From NCBI GenBank assembly GCA_963752995.1, contig CAVWAZ010000030.1, positions 851,151 through 915,150 on the forward strand: a stretch of 64,000 nucleotides of DNA, written 5' to 3'. The notes under the pieces were generated by a model, which had not been told where the DNA came from, ran no database searches, and worked only from the letters and a program-made list of their open reading frames with translations. Below, in pieces: positions 1 through 10,429 of this stretch (position 1 is the first letter of the stretch; the number at the start of each line of letters is the position of its first letter). This DNA comes from an uncultured delta proteobacterium (GTDB lineage Bacteria; Desulfobacterota_D; UBA1144; Nemesobacterales; UBA2774). The translations under genes were made by a program, and so were the position numbers.

Positions 1-375
1 GGGCCCTTCCACCAGCAGTGATACGTTGAATATCACATCGCTGTTCCGCGTAACTGCTATAAACCTCGAGAGCGTGAAGGAATCCCCTTCGAACTGTATC
101 TTGACAGTATCGGAGTTAGGCTTGAATCTCAGCGTGAATTGGCCGAGATTGTTTGTTTTTGTATTGTCAATCTTTTTATCATTACTGTTAAAGACGGTGA
201 CCTTGATACCTGAAACGGAGCCGCTGACTACCTCTAGTACCGTTCCGTTGATCCTCGTGTTGTCGCCGCCGCCCCCGCCGCCCCCGCTGTCGCATCCCCA
301 CATGCTCGACGACATGAATGAAACCATAATAAGCAATATCAATAGAAACGAATGTCTGTTCAGTAATTTAACCAT
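1..375 (-). CDS. Lipoprotein, 5' end complete and 3' end running off the window; carboxypeptidase-regulatory-like beta-sandwich region. It is not in the ORF track, and it replaces the spurious + ORF 26..403.
   Basis: Minus-strand ATG at 373-375 preceded by GGAGGA with a 7 nt spacer. Translation MVKLLNRHSFLLILLIMVSFMSSSMWGCDSGGGGGGGDNTRINGTVLEVVSGSVSGIKVTVFNSNDKKIDN... has a signal peptide plus a lipobox (MWGC) and a Gly linker. The frame stays open to position 1. Confidence 0.5.
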   Translation of the reverse strand, partial: MVKLLNRHSFLLILLIMVSFMSSSMWGCDSGGGGGGGDNTRINGTVLEVVSGSVSGIKVTVFNSNDKKIDNTKTNNLGQFTLRFKPNSDTVKIQFEGDSFTLSRFIAVTRNSDVIFNVSLLVEGP

Positions 376-576
376 GATCCTATCCTCCATAGTAGTTGGT
401 TAATGGTTAAAAATAATCCGTAAAACCAAACTTTGTTCTATAATAACTGAAAATACTTGATTTTTACATAGGCATTGTAAAGGCGGATAGAAATAGATGC
501 TGTCTTGAGACTTGTTTTTTAATTACACTACTCCTTTGCCGTGATTTTGGGTTAACTGCAGGCGGGACATGTTGAT

Positions 577-1614
577 ATGGGCATAAAAGCGGGCATTCTC
601 GGAGCTACAGGCTACACCGGTGCGGAGCTGCTGAGGCTTCTGTCGGGCCATCCCGGCGTAAGCCTGGAATGGCTTACATCGGAGAAGTTCGCGGGCAGGA
701 AAATAGACGAGGTGTTCCCTCACCTCAGGGGTTTTTCGGATATCGAATGCAGGAGCATATCGGGATTGAAAGACCTGGGCAGGGTGGATGTGGCTTTCTC
801 CTGCCTCCCTCACGGCTCTTCCATGCACTTCACGGCGAGGCTCCTCGAGGCGGGAGTCCGCGTCATAGATTTCAGCGCCGATTTCAGGTTCAGGAATCCC
901 GCAATATACGAAAGGCTCTTCGGCGGCACGCATAAATATAAGACCCTGACCGATGAAGCCGTCTACGGGATACCCGAGATCTTCAGGGACGAAATAAGAA
1001 ACTCGCGGCTCGTGGCGAATCCCGGATGTTTCGCGACGGGAGTAATACTCGGATTGTACCCCCTTATATCGGAGGGCCTCATAGACGCAAGCTCCATAGC
1101 AGCCGACGCCAAGGCGGGGGCGTCCGGCGGGGGACGCGCCCCATCGCTTCAGCACCATTTCCCGGAATCGAATGAAAACGTAAGGGTCAACATATCCGCC
1201 TCAGACAGCCAGGGGCCCGAGATGGAAGAGGTGCTCTCACTTTTCTCCCCCGGAGAGGTCGGCATCGCCTTCATGTCCCATACGCTTTCCATCAACAGGG
1301 GCATATTAACGACGATCTATTCACAGCTTAAGGAAACGGTCAAGCCCGAATTTATTTCCGGTATATACGAGAAGCATTACGGCGGCGAGCCGTTCGTCAG
1401 GTTATACGCGCCGGATAAATACCCCGAGATCAAGGACGTAAGGTATACGAACGTATGCGGGATCGGCTTCCGCCTGAAGCAAGACAGGCTCATAGCCGTC
1501 TCAGCCCTCGACAACCTCGTGAAAGGGGCCTCGGGGCAGGCTGTGCAGAATATGAACATAATGTTCGGTTTTGAGGAAACCCAATCGCTCGGCGGTTCGG
1601 GAATCTATCCATAG
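577..1614 (+). CDS. argC: N-acetyl-gamma-glutamyl-phosphate reductase
   Basis: N-terminal GILGATGYTGAELLRLL Rossmann motif; active-site region ANPGCFATG; C-terminal LDNLVKGASGQAVQNMNIMFGFEE, typical of ArgC. Confidence 0.9.
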   Translation: MGIKAGILGATGYTGAELLRLLSGHPGVSLEWLTSEKFAGRKIDEVFPHLRGFSDIECRSISGLKDLGRVDVAFSCLPHGSSMHFTARLLEAGVRVIDFSADFRFRNPAIYERLFGGTHKYKTLTDEAVYGIPEIFRDEIRNSRLVANPGCFATGVILGLYPLISEGLIDASSIAADAKAGASGGGRAPSLQHHFPESNENVRVNISASDSQGPEMEEVLSLFSPGEVGIAFMSHTLSINRGILTTIYSQLKETVKPEFISGIYEKHYGGEPFVRLYAPDKYPEIKDVRYTNVCGIGFRLKQDRLIAVSALDNLVKGASGQAVQNMNIMFGFEETQSLGGSGIYP

Positions 1615-1629
1615 CGGGGTTTACCCTAT

Positions 1630-3107
1630 ATGAATACGCTGTCGGGCCTCTTTTTAGAAGCGGCCGGAAAATTCTCCTCCCGCACTGCCGTCGTTGAAGA
1701 CGGCATAAGCGTCACGTATGGTGAGCTTGCCCGCAGCGCCCTGGGTTTCGCGTCATATCTCTACTCCCGCGGGGTCAGGAAGGGGGACAGGGTCGCTATA
1801 TTCCTCCCCAATTCCATCGAGTTTATAGTGGCGGTGTTCGGGGTGTCGTTGTCGGGTGCTGTGTCCGTGCCTGTCAACAGCTCGTTCAAGACGGACGAGG
1901 TCGGTTTTTATCTGGAGCATTCGGGCGCGAGGCTCCTCGTAACCGGGGACGAATTGATAAACACGGCCGGGGAGGCATCGTCCGGGAGAGGGATAGAAGC
2001 CGTCTCGATAAAAGGTGACAAGGCCGCCTGGAAATTCCCCGGGGAATACTCAGGCGAGTCCCCGACCGCCGGTGTTGCGCCCGGGGACGAGGCGATCTAT
2101 CTCTACTCGACCGGGTCCACCGGTAAACCAAAAAGGGTGGCAAGGACTCACTATAACCTCTCCGCCTTGGCGGACAACCACACGCAAACCGTGGGCTGGA
2201 CCGAGGAGGACCGGATACTCTTCGTCGTCCCTATTTCCCACACATACGGCTTCGGAAACTTTATCAGCGCCGTCAAATCGGGGGCTGCTGTGGTCGTTTG
2301 CGGCGAATTTAACCGGAACGGGGTCCTCGATTTACTGGAGAAGGAGCGCATAACGGCCTTCCCGGCGGTCCCGGTCATGCTCGACGTGCTCTCGAAGACC
2401 TATATGGACGGGCCTAAGGATCTATCTTCCCTGAAACTCGTTATCTCTGCCGGAGCCCCGCTCCAGGAACACACCTTTCTCAAGTTCCACGAGAGTTTTC
2501 CGTCTATCCGAGACAGCTCTACGGATCGACCGAGACGGGCGTAATATCGATTAACCTCTGCGCCGACGATGAAATAGAGAAGCGGTTTAATTCGGTAGGG
2601 AGGCCGGTGAAGAACGTATCGGTGAAGGTCTTCGGCGAAGACGGCCGGGAGTCGGGCGCGGGCGAGCCGGGCGAGCTTGCGGTCAGGAGCCCCTCCATGG
2701 CGGCCGGGTATTACGGGCTTCCGGAAGAAACGGCGAGGGTGTTCAGGGACGGGTACTACTTCACGGGCGATTTGGGGATGATAGACGAGGCGGGGTATAT
2801 ATACATAAAGGGCCGTAAGAAGCTTCTCATCAACGTGGGCGGGTTCAAGGTCGACCCCGGAGAGGTGGAAAACCTCCTCTCGCAGCACCCGGACATCGCA
2901 GAGGCGGCGGTATTGGGGGTAACGGACGGCCGCGGTAACGAGCGGGTGAAGGCGGTCATAGTCGCACGGCGGCCGATGGATGTAAAGGAAGTCATCGGCT
3001 ACTGCAGGGAGAGGATAGCCGAATACAAGGTCCCCGCTCTCGTCGAATTCCGCCGCGAGCTCCCCAGGAGCCCGACTGGTAAAATACTGAGGGAGCGGCT
3101 AAAGTGA
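1630..3107 (+). CDS. AMP-dependent acyl-CoA/acyl-ACP synthetase (fatty-acid ligase family), one gene interrupted by a -1 frame change near 2485-2495
   Basis: ORFs 1630..2544 and 2607..3107 are the N- and C-terminal parts of a single AMP-binding enzyme (YSTGSTGKPKRVARTHYNL; ...YIKGRKKLLINVGGFKVDPGEVE). The missing QLYGSTETGVISIN motif is encoded at 2497-2540 in the downstream ORF's frame. The break lies at a T4 run (gagagttttccg). Confidence 0.8.
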
Positions 3108-3128
3108 ATTTATAAAGGGAAGCCCTGA

Positions 3129-3383
3129 ATGAGCGATACGATAAAGTCGAGGGTGAAAAAAATTCTGTCCGTGAATATGCTTAAAGATATCGACTTACAG
3201 GAATTAGGGGACGGCACGCCTCTCCTCGACTACGGGGTCGGCATCGATTCCGTATCCAGGCTCGAGTTCCTGGTCGCGCTCGAAGAAGAGTTCGGCGTCA
3301 GGCTCGACGAAGGCGAGATAACCCCTGATTTTTTCGAGACCGTCGATAGTATCTCCGATTACATCTCACGGAGGATTCCGTGA
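3129..3383 (+). CDS. Acyl carrier protein (phosphopantetheine-binding)
   Basis: 84 aa acidic protein with the conserved DYGVGIDSVSRLEFLVALEEEFG 4'-PP attachment serine context. It sits 21 nt downstream of the ligase. Confidence 0.8.
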   Translation: MSDTIKSRVKKILSVNMLKDIDLQELGDGTPLLDYGVGIDSVSRLEFLVALEEEFGVRLDEGEITPDFFETVDSISDYISRRIP

Positions 3384-3394
3384 GATCATGACGC

Positions 3395-4111
3395 CTAGTT
3401 AGTCAGGCCCTTTTCCTTCAGATATCTCTCGAACGAGTTTATGAATTCTCTTCTGACCCGCTCGCTCGCCCTCCCGATGGGCTCGATCACCGTTTTTTCG
3501 TAAAGCTCGAAAGCCGTCTCTTCGAGCTTCGTATCGGCTGTCGTCCTCGCGAGCCTCAGTATCGCGATCGAGTTATAGAATATCGCCTTGAACAGCGACC
3601 TCCTCGCGTCGTTGAACTTGAATTCCTCGAGCGACTTCTGGGCTTCGAGCAGTGCGTAATACCCCACTCCGAAGAATAGAGTAAGGAGCTTTTTGGCCTC
3701 TTCGGGAGACATCCCCTCTATCAGGTAGACGAGGGGGGCCTCTACGATAGATTCGAGCTCCTTCTCGCTGCTGATTATGTTGGCGAGCTCTTTAACCTTC
3801 TCGTCATCGGCGTTGTTTAAAAGGTCCTTTAACGCCCCCTGGACGTATTCGAGCGCGAAGCTGTCCTTGATTTCCTCGAGCGTGAGTCCTTCGGATTTCA
3901 TGGCTTTAATATGAGCGAGCTTGTCGAGAGTGGATTCGGGGAACATCAGGCGTGTCTTCGTCATCCCCGCTTCCGTGTATTTCTTCCTTTTGGGTTTCGG
4001 TATGAGTCCCAGTCTCGAGCATGACTTGATCGTCTTCTCGGGGTCGGCTCCGAGGTCGATTTTTCTTTTTTTCGCTTCCCTTATGATTTCTTCGAGTGAA
4101 ATTTCAGCCAT
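3395..4111 (-). CDS. Hypothetical protein with a degenerate MerR-type HTH/wing at the N-terminus
   Basis: Residues ~25-85 (IKSCSRLGLIPKPKRKKYTEAGMTKTRLMFPESTLDKLAHIKAMKSEGLTLEEIKDSF) follow the MerR pattern (...YYE.GLL.P.R..NGYR.Y.e.dl..L..I..lr..GfsL.EIke). The C-terminal ~140 aa are unassigned. Confidence 0.35.
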   Translation of the reverse strand: MAEISLEEIIREAKKRKIDLGADPEKTIKSCSRLGLIPKPKRKKYTEAGMTKTRLMFPESTLDKLAHIKAMKSEGLTLEEIKDSFALEYVQGALKDLLNNADDEKVKELANIISSEKELESIVEAPLVYLIEGMSPEEAKKLLTLFFGVGYYALLEAQKSLEEFKFNDARRSLFKAIFYNSIAILRLARTTADTKLEETAFELYEKTVIEPIGRASERVRREFINSFERYLKEKGLTN

Positions 4112-4277
4112 ACCATGATATTAAGCAGTATCTAAAGCCTTTGTCAATCGGTTTTTTATTGACTTTCGGTCAGTTATGCCGGGATTTCCCGGTAACCCGC
4201 GGCTCATATTTATCAATTATCCCTCCGTATTCCGCCGGCGAATAGAATACTGACTCATCACCCGGCCGCCGGCCCCT

Positions 4278-5086
4278 TTGATTGATTTTGCGCGGGATTT
4301 GGTTTATTACTTTCCTATGGCCAGGAGCACCCTCGTTTTATATGAGCCCTTAAACGCCCTCATGGATAAAAGTTATTACTGGAACGAATACGTACGGTTC
4401 TACGAGCAGTATTGGGGAGGCCCGACTTCCCCCTTCGGGGTATGGTTCGGGAACGAGTACGAGTCCTTTATTAACGCGCTGTCGGAGAACCTCGGCATGG
4501 CTAAAGAAGAGATCGAGCACTGCTTCTTTACGAAGGACGAAGAAGGGAAGTATTACGTCGCTCCCTTCGGGTCGAAGGCGAATTTATTTTTCTGCGAGAA
4601 CTTCATCCCCGTCGAATGGTTCGTGCCGTTCAGCGAGGAGGACAGGCAGACGCTCTACACGCACTGGGGCTTCAACGCGCTTCACTACGACACGCGCCTC
4701 CATACCGCAGCCGGGAGACTGGACGAAGCCGAGCTGAGATCGTCTCCGGTTTAGTGAACCTGCGTCCCCCGGACCTGGACGTTTCAAGCTATGCGTATCT
4801 AGCCGATGATTTATCCAACGGCCTGGCCGAGATTAAAACATGGCTCTCGGGTTTCGACCCGAGCGGTTTCCTCGTTTTAAACTACGGCGAGATATGCTCG
4901 GTCATCAACCCCTACAGCCTCGAGCGCGAGCGCTCCGTCGAAGAGACCTGGAAGTTCCTCCGTTCTCTGAAAGAGGGGAATTACGGCGAGGCGGACGGCT
5001 CTCTCAAGACCCTCAGGGGGAAGTGGATTTCACTCGATATAAGGCACTACCCTTCCGGCGGCCTCGATGATTCCACTCTCCAGTGA
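4278..5086 (+). CDS. Hypothetical protein, probably a single gene split by a frame change near 4700-4750 (ORFs 4278..4754 and 4616..5086)
   Basis: Both ORFs have protein-like composition in their non-overlapping parts. The N-terminal 40 aa of ORF 4616 are Arg-rich out-of-frame junk and become protein-like only after ~4740. No family recognised. Confidence 0.4.
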
Positions 5087-5441
5087 TTTCACGCCCCTCG
5101 CAAACGAACCGTTGTATAGGAATCCGCCTCGCAAAGCCGGCTCTATCAACGATCGAAAGCATTCCTTCCGGTCCTCTCTGATCTTTCCCTCCGAATGGTA
5201 TCTCGGCCTTTGTTCGTATAAATAAATACGAGCGAAAACGGGCAAAACCGGAAAATCCCCGAAATTTCGGCGGCAGGGCGTCTCATAATTGATCTTTTAT
5301 CCAATGATTTATTTGAGTTATAGCATATGATTTGAATCTGAAACCAAATGCCGTTCGTAATGGTTTATAGATACAAGATCGAACGAATGGAGATGCATCC
5401 GTCATCCGCCCAAGGGCATCTTAAATAGAAGGAGGCTCAAA

Positions 5442-6686
5442 ATGTTCAAAAAGCCCGAATTTGCAGACGTATTCGACGATTTCTCGGTCAGTCACGCGGA
5501 ATCTTCCATAGCGGAGAGCTTCGACCAGGATGAATTGGAAGACATCGAGGTGTTTTTCGATGAAGAGGCCCAGCTTACCGAGGCGCCCGTAGAGGCTATT
5601 GCCGATACCGAAAAAACAGTCGGGGAAGAGGAGATAAGTCAGGACTTAAGGCTCGTAAACGCTTATTTCAAAGAGGTGAGCACAGAGGCCCTGCTGGCGC
5701 CGCACGAAGAGGCGCATGTGGCTGCGAAAATAAAGTGCTGCGAGGACAGAGCAAGAGCTGCGCGCAAAAAGATTGAAAAGGTTCTCGGGAAAAGGCTCGG
5801 TGATGATATCGCCGCGATTCATTCAGAGGTTAAAAACTTCATCGAGACGAAGAACGAAAAAATCACTGCTGAAAATAAGATTAAACGTGCGGCGGCTGAG
5901 AGCGGTCTCATGCTCCTCGTCAAGCTCTATGACGCTTACGTGACGAAGGGGTTTCAGCTGAGGAACAGGTTTATTAAAGCCAACCTGAGACTCGTCGCCA
6001 GCATGGCGAAGAGGTACGTCGGCAGGGGCGTCCCGTTTCTCGATCTGATTCAGGAGGGGAACCTCGGATTGATAAAAGCCGTCGAACGCTTCGATCACAC
6101 GAAGGGTTACAGGTTCTCCACTTACGCCTGCTGGTGGATCAATCAGGCGATGACGAGGGGGATTTTTAACCAGACGAGGACTGTGAAGATGCCTGCGTAT
6201 CTCCTGGAGAAGGCAGGCAAGGTAAGGCACGTGAAGCGGCTCCTGACGAAGGATTACGAGAGAGAGCCCTATGCCGAGGAAATAGCCGAGAAAGCGCAGA
6301 TGAGCGTCGAGAATGTGAAGAGGATCCTCGATTCGAGCGCGAACAAGGTAGTGAGGCTCGATACGCCCGTGTGGAACGGGGAGAAAGTGACGTACATGGA
6401 CTTTATGGAAGATTCGAACTCGCTCGAAGTCGATAGCGTGATCGCGGAGATATCCATACCCGGCAATATAAACGACGCCCTCCTGATGCTTTCCCTGAGG
6501 GAGAGGGAGGTCGTAAAAATGAGGTTCGGTATCGGGTTCGACGGCCCTTATACGCTCGACGAGATAGGCCGGAAATTCCGCCTCACGAGAGAAAGGATAA
6601 GGCAGATAGAAAAAAAGGCCCTCGACAGGATAAGGAGATCGAAATCCGCCCCGGTTCTGAGGAGCCTGATGGAAGTATATAACTGA
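5442..6686 (+). CDS. rpoD: RNA polymerase sigma-70 factor, primary (RpoD-like)
   Basis: AGGAGG RBS 8 nt upstream. Region 2 ([43 protein letters not shown]), region 3 and the region 4 HTH ([29 protein letters not shown]). Acidic N-terminal region 1.1-like segment. Confidence 0.85.
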   Translation: MFKKPEFADVFDDFSVSHAESSIAESFDQDELEDIEVFFDEEAQLTEAPVEAIADTEKTVGEEEISQDLRLVNAYFKEVSTEALLAPHEEAHVAAKIKCCEDRARAARKKIEKVLGKRLGDDIAAIHSEVKNFIETKNEKITAENKIKRAAAESGLMLLVKLYDAYVTKGFQLRNRFIKANLRLVASMAKRYVGRGVPFLDLIQEGNLGLIKAVERFDHTKGYRFSTYACWWINQAMTRGIFNQTRTVKMPAYLLEKAGKVRHVKRLLTKDYEREPYAEEIAEKAQMSVENVKRILDSSANKVVRLDTPVWNGEKVTYMDFMEDSNSLEVDSVIAEISIPGNINDALLMLSLREREVVKMRFGIGFDGPYTLDEIGRKFRLTRERIRQIEKKALDRIRRSKSAPVLRSLMEVYN

Positions 6687-6747
6687 CAGTAACGAGGCCG
6701 GCCCGGAGACCGCGAGGCCTGCCTGTAAAAAAATCGAAGATAGGTCG

Positions 6748-6790
6748 ATCGGGGTGCGCCCGGACAATCGGGGCCGCACCCCTTTTTTTC
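6748..6790 (+). terminator. Rho-independent terminator after rpoD
   Basis: GGGGTGCGCCCGGacaatCGGGGCCGCACCCC hairpin followed by TTTTTTTC. Confidence 0.6.
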
Positions 6791-6850
6791 TTTCCTTCCG
6801 GTCTGGATTCCCCGTCTTATCCTGTGTATTATCGACTTAATCACCCCCCG

Positions 6851-7507
6851 ATGAAAGCCGAAAATATTTCGAAGGTCATACGCATATTGAAGAAAGAGTC
6901 CCCCGGGTGGGGCGTCCCCGCGGTAACGCTCGAGGCCGGGACCTCGCACGACCCCTTCAGGGTCCTCATTTCTACGGTGCTGAGCCTGAGGACGAAGGAC
7001 GAGACCACGGCGGAGGCGTCCGGGAAGTTGTTCGCCCTGGCCGATAATCCCGGGGACATGCTCGGACTGAGCGAGCGAGAGATTGCCGAAGCGATATATC
7101 CGGTCGGGTTTTACAGGACAAAGGCGAAGAACATCCTCGGCATATGCCGTGAGCTGATAGATAAATACCGCTCGCGGGTCCCCGACGATCTGGAAGAGCT
7201 CCTTCATCTGAAAGGCGTGGGCAGAAAGACCGCGAACCTCGTGCTCACTCTCGGCTACGGGAAGGACGGCATATGCGTCGATACCCACGTTCATAGGATT
7301 TCGAACAGGCTCGGATACGTCCGTACCCGGAATCCTTTTGAGACCGAAATGGCGCTCAGAAAAAAACTCCCGAAGAGATACTGGATAGATTACAACAGCC
7401 TGCTCGTGGCGTTCGGCCAGTACCTCTGCCGCCCCGTGTCGCCCAAATGCAGTGTCTGCCCTGTCATAATGTACTGCGACAGGGTCGGGGTCGGAAAGAG
7501 CCGCTGA
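6851..7507 (+). CDS. nth: Endonuclease III (DNA-(apurinic/apyrimidinic site) lyase)
   Basis: HhH-GPD motif [15 protein letters not shown], catalytic DTHVHRI, and a C-terminal 4Fe-4S cluster loop C-x6-C-x2-C-x5-C ([17 protein letters not shown]). The track ORF starts at 6824; the homology-based start is MKAENISKV at 6851. Confidence 0.88.
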   Translation: MKAENISKVIRILKKESPGWGVPAVTLEAGTSHDPFRVLISTVLSLRTKDETTAEASGKLFALADNPGDMLGLSEREIAEAIYPVGFYRTKAKNILGICRELIDKYRSRVPDDLEELLHLKGVGRKTANLVLTLGYGKDGICVDTHVHRISNRLGYVRTRNPFETEMALRKKLPKRYWIDYNSLLVAFGQYLCRPVSPKCSVCPVIMYCDRVGVGKSR

Positions 7508-7598
7508 AACCGGCCGCTTTACCCGGACAATATATTCCCCTCAAGTTTGACTATCCCGCTATCTCAAATATAATTCATTCACCTCTTAAACAGCTCAT

Positions 7599-8138
7599 TT
7601 GTCTTTATATCCGGGAGGTTTTTACGGTTTGGAAACAGTCGTATTTTATATCTTCGCGGCCCTCTCTGTAGCCGGGGCCCTTCTGGTCATTACGCACAAA
7701 AACCCGGTATCGAGCGCCGTCTCCCTGGTGCTGACCCTCTTCTCGACGGCGGTGCTCTTCGTCCTGCTCCTCGCCCATTTCGTCGCGGCCATACAGATAC
7801 TGGTCTATGCGGGCGCTATAATGATTTTATTCCTTTTTACGGTAATGTTTCTCAACCTGCATCCGGAAGCCCTCAGGTTCGACGCCCGGAACATGGCGTT
7901 CAAAGTGAGCGTCTTCCTCGTCGTTCTTCTTTTCACGGGTTATTTTGCCGGCATGGGATTCAATAAAGCCTTTCCCGGAGGCGCCGCGTCGTCCCCGCCC
8001 CCCGAAGGGTTCGGCACCGTCGAGGGCGTAGGCAAGGTGCTCTTCACCGATTATCTCCTGCCCTTCGAGCTCACGTCGGTACTCATACTGGCCGCCATAA
8101 TCGGCGTCGTCGCCATAGCGAAAAGGAGGGAAAGCTGA
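7599..8138 (+). CDS. nuoJ: NADH-quinone oxidoreductase subunit J
   Basis: Five-TM protein with the conserved VVFYIFAALSVAGALLVITHKNPVSSAVSLVLTLF... The likely true start is TTG at 7629, 10 nt after GGAGG. Confidence 0.85.
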   Translation: MSLYPGGFYGLETVVFYIFAALSVAGALLVITHKNPVSSAVSLVLTLFSTAVLFVLLLAHFVAAIQILVYAGAIMILFLFTVMFLNLHPEALRFDARNMAFKVSVFLVVLLFTGYFAGMGFNKAFPGGAASSPPPEGFGTVEGVGKVLFTDYLLPFELTSVLILAAIIGVVAIAKRRES

Positions 8139-8139
8139 G

Positions 8140-8445
8140 TTGAGCGTTTCCGTAGAACATTATTTCGTATTGAGCGCCGTATTGTTCGTCATCGGGGCCT
8201 ATGGAGTGATTGCGAGGAGGAACCTCATAGTGGTCCTCATGTCTCTCGAACTGATGCTCAATTCCGCAAACCTCGCTTTCGTCGCGTTCTCCAGGGCTCA
8301 CAACGACATGACGGGCCAGGTGTTCATGATTATGTCCATAACCGTAGCCGCTGCGGAAGTGGCGGTCGGGCTTGCCCTCGTGGTGGCCGTATATTCGCAC
8401 AGGGGCACCCTCGACGTCGATATATTAAAAATACTTAAAGGTTAG
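8140..8445 (+). CDS. nuoK: NADH-quinone oxidoreductase subunit K
   Basis: 101 aa, three TM helices, conserved LMSLELMLNSANLAFVAF and the Glu residues typical of NuoK. Confidence 0.9.
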   Translation: MSVSVEHYFVLSAVLFVIGAYGVIARRNLIVVLMSLELMLNSANLAFVAFSRAHNDMTGQVFMIMSITVAAAEVAVGLALVVAVYSHRGTLDVDILKILKG

Positions 8446-8452
8446 ATACTGC

Positions 8453-10429
8453 ATGATACTCTGGATTATTCTCATACCACTTATCGGTGCCGCCCTGAAC
8501 GGGCTCGTTTTTGCTTCGGGGTTCTGGAAGAAATGCCTCCGCGGCGACGAGCACACCGAAAAAAAGATCGTAAGCATAGTCGGGTGCGGCGTCGTTCTCG
8601 TATCCGCCCTCATTTCGTCGGCGCTCTTTTTCAAGCTCCTGTCCATGGAGCCCCAGCGGCGGGAGATAATACAGAACCTTTTCGAATGGATCCCCTCGGG
8701 CAGCTTTACCGTAAGCTTCGAGCTCCTGTTCGATACGCTCTCGTGCGTAATGGCGCTCATCATCACGTGGGTGGGCTTTCTCATACACGTCTATTCCGTC
8801 GGATACATGCACCACGACAAGGCATATTCGAAGTATTTCACGTACCTTAATATATTTATCTTTTTCATGCTCACCCTCGTGCTGGGCAACAGCTTCCCTC
8901 TCATGTTCGTCGGCTGGGAAGGCGTCGGTCTCGCGTCCTACCTCCTCATCGGCTTCTGGTACGAGAATCCGGAGAACGCCGATGCCGGCAGAAAGGCGTT
9001 TATCGTGAACAGGATAGGAGATTTTGGATTTATTCTCGGAATATTCCTCATATTCTTCGTATTCGGCTCGGTGAATTACCAGGAGGTGTTCGGCAGGGCC
9101 TCCGATCCCGCGTTCATGAGCGCGGTCCCCGCCGCGGTCATCACCGTAATCGCGCTGCTCCTATTCGTGGGGGCGGTCGGCAAATCAGCGCAAATACCTC
9201 TATATGTCTGGCTCCCGGACGCCATGGCGGGCCCCACCCCCGTGAGCGCGCTCATACATGCGGCCACGATGGTCACTGCCGGGGCCTACATGATAGCCAG
9301 GTGTAACGTAATTTATTCACAATCGCCCACGGCCCAGATGGTAGTCGTCACAGTCGCGGCATTGACTTCTTTCCTCGCGGCCACTATAGCGATAACCCAG
9401 AACGACATAAAAAAAGTGCTCGCTTACTCCACAATCAGCCAGCTCGGCTATATGTTCATGGCCATAGGGGTCGGGGCGTATACGGCCGGCATATTCCATC
9501 TCGTAACCCATGCATTCTTTAAAGCCCTCTTGTTCCTGGGGTCTGGAAGCGTCATACACGCGCTCTCGGGCGAGCAGGACATTAGACACATGGGCGGGCT
9601 CAGAAAATTCATCCCGACCACGGCGATTACATTCTTTATAGGCACGCTCGCCATAGCCGGTGTCCCTTTTTTCTCGGGTTTTTTCAGTAAGGACGGTATA
9701 CTCGGCGCCGTCTACGACCGCGGGTATTCGATCCACTGGATGATCGGCCTTATTACCGTCATACTGACGGCGCTCTATATGGGCAGGCTTTACCTCCTCA
9801 CGTTCGAAGGCAAATCCAGGGTCGCCGATAAGGTCAGAGACCATATACACGAGTCTCCCCTGACCATGACCATCCCTCTTATGATTCTGGCGTTTCTTTC
9901 GATTGCGGGCGGGTACATGGGCGTTCCGGAATTCATCGGGGAGCTCGCAGGGATACACGAATCGAACCTCTTCGACAGGTTCGTTTCCTCCTCGATTACC
10001 ATGGACAACTTCGTCTCGGCGGGGCATCATTTGTTCAGCCATACGACGCTGCTGATATTCTCGATTACGGCTGCCGCCCTGGGCATCGCCGCGGCGTGCT
10101 ATTTTTTCTACTTCAGGCCCGCGCTCCCCGAAAAGATTGCTTCCGACAAGACTATAGAGCCCCTCTACGAGGGCTCCCTCCACAAATGGTACGTGGATGA
10201 GCTCTACGACTATATATTCGTTCAGCCTTTCAGATACCTGTCCGAGCAGTCCTCGAAATTCGATCTCAGGTTTATAGACGGGGCGGTAAACGGCGTCGCC
10301 GCGGTCCTGAAAGACATGGCCTTGACCCTTCAGGCCGCGCAGAGCGGCGTGCTCCGCAGCTACGCCACGCTCATGGCTATAGGGGCCTTCGCGATTCTCG
10401 TGTTCATAATTGTCTGGCAGAGCTTTTAA
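8453..10429 (+). CDS. nuoL: NADH-quinone oxidoreductase subunit L (antiporter-like subunit with long C-terminal helix)
   Basis: 658 aa. Conserved Mrp/NuoL antiporter motifs (WLPDAMAGPTPVSALIHAATMVTAG) and the long amphipathic C-terminal extension. Confidence 0.9.
   Translation: MILWIILIPLIGAALNGLVFASGFWKKCLRGDEHTEKKIVSIVGCGVVLVSALISSALFFKLLSMEPQRREIIQNLFEWIPSGSFTVSFELLFDTLSCVMALIITWVGFLIHVYSVGYMHHDKAYSKYFTYLNIFIFFMLTLVLGNSFPLMFVGWEGVGLASYLLIGFWYENPENADAGRKAFIVNRIGDFGFILGIFLIFFVFGSVNYQEVFGRASDPAFMSAVPAAVITVIALLLFVGAVGKSAQIPLYVWLPDAMAGPTPVSALIHAATMVTAGAYMIARCNVIYSQSPTAQMVVVTVAALTSFLAATIAITQNDIKKVLAYSTISQLGYMFMAIGVGAYTAGIFHLVTHAFFKALLFLGSGSVIHALSGEQDIRHMGGLRKFIPTTAITFFIGTLAIAGVPFFSGFFSKDGILGAVYDRGYSIHWMIGLITVILTALYMGRLYLLTFEGKSRVADKVRDHIHESPLTMTIPLMILAFLSIAGGYMGVPEFIGELAGIHESNLFDRFVSSSITMDNFVSAGHHLFSHTTLLIFSITAAALGIAAACYFFYFRPALPEKIASDKTIEPLYEGSLHKWYVDELYDYIFVQPFRYLSEQSSKFDLRFIDGAVNGVAAVLKDMALTLQAAQSGVLRSYATLMAIGAFAILVFIIVWQSF

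Noticed and set aside
26-403. + strand ORF with a poly-proline stretch
   Set aside because: It is antisense to a minus-strand lipoprotein gene that has a strong RBS and a coherent signal peptide and lipobox. The + ORF has no RBS and reads as out-of-frame composition.
404-576. ArgR (ARG box) operator upstream of argC
   Set aside because: TGAAAATACTTGATTTTTACA was inspected but does not form the TnTGAAT-N4-ATTCAnA palindrome convincingly.
523-1158. 211 aa minus-strand ORF
   Set aside because: Entirely antisense to argC. Its Arg/Gly/Pro-rich composition is typical of a GC-rich shadow ORF.
1630-3383. DltA/DltC D-alanylation system
   Set aside because: The ligase plus small carrier protein resembles dltA-dltC, but no dltB (MBOAT) or dltD is present, and the ligase looks like a fatty-acid ligase rather than a D-Ala ligase.
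5823-6779. 318 aa minus-strand ORF
   Set aside because: Antisense to the sigma-70 gene; no motifs, Arg/Pro-rich.
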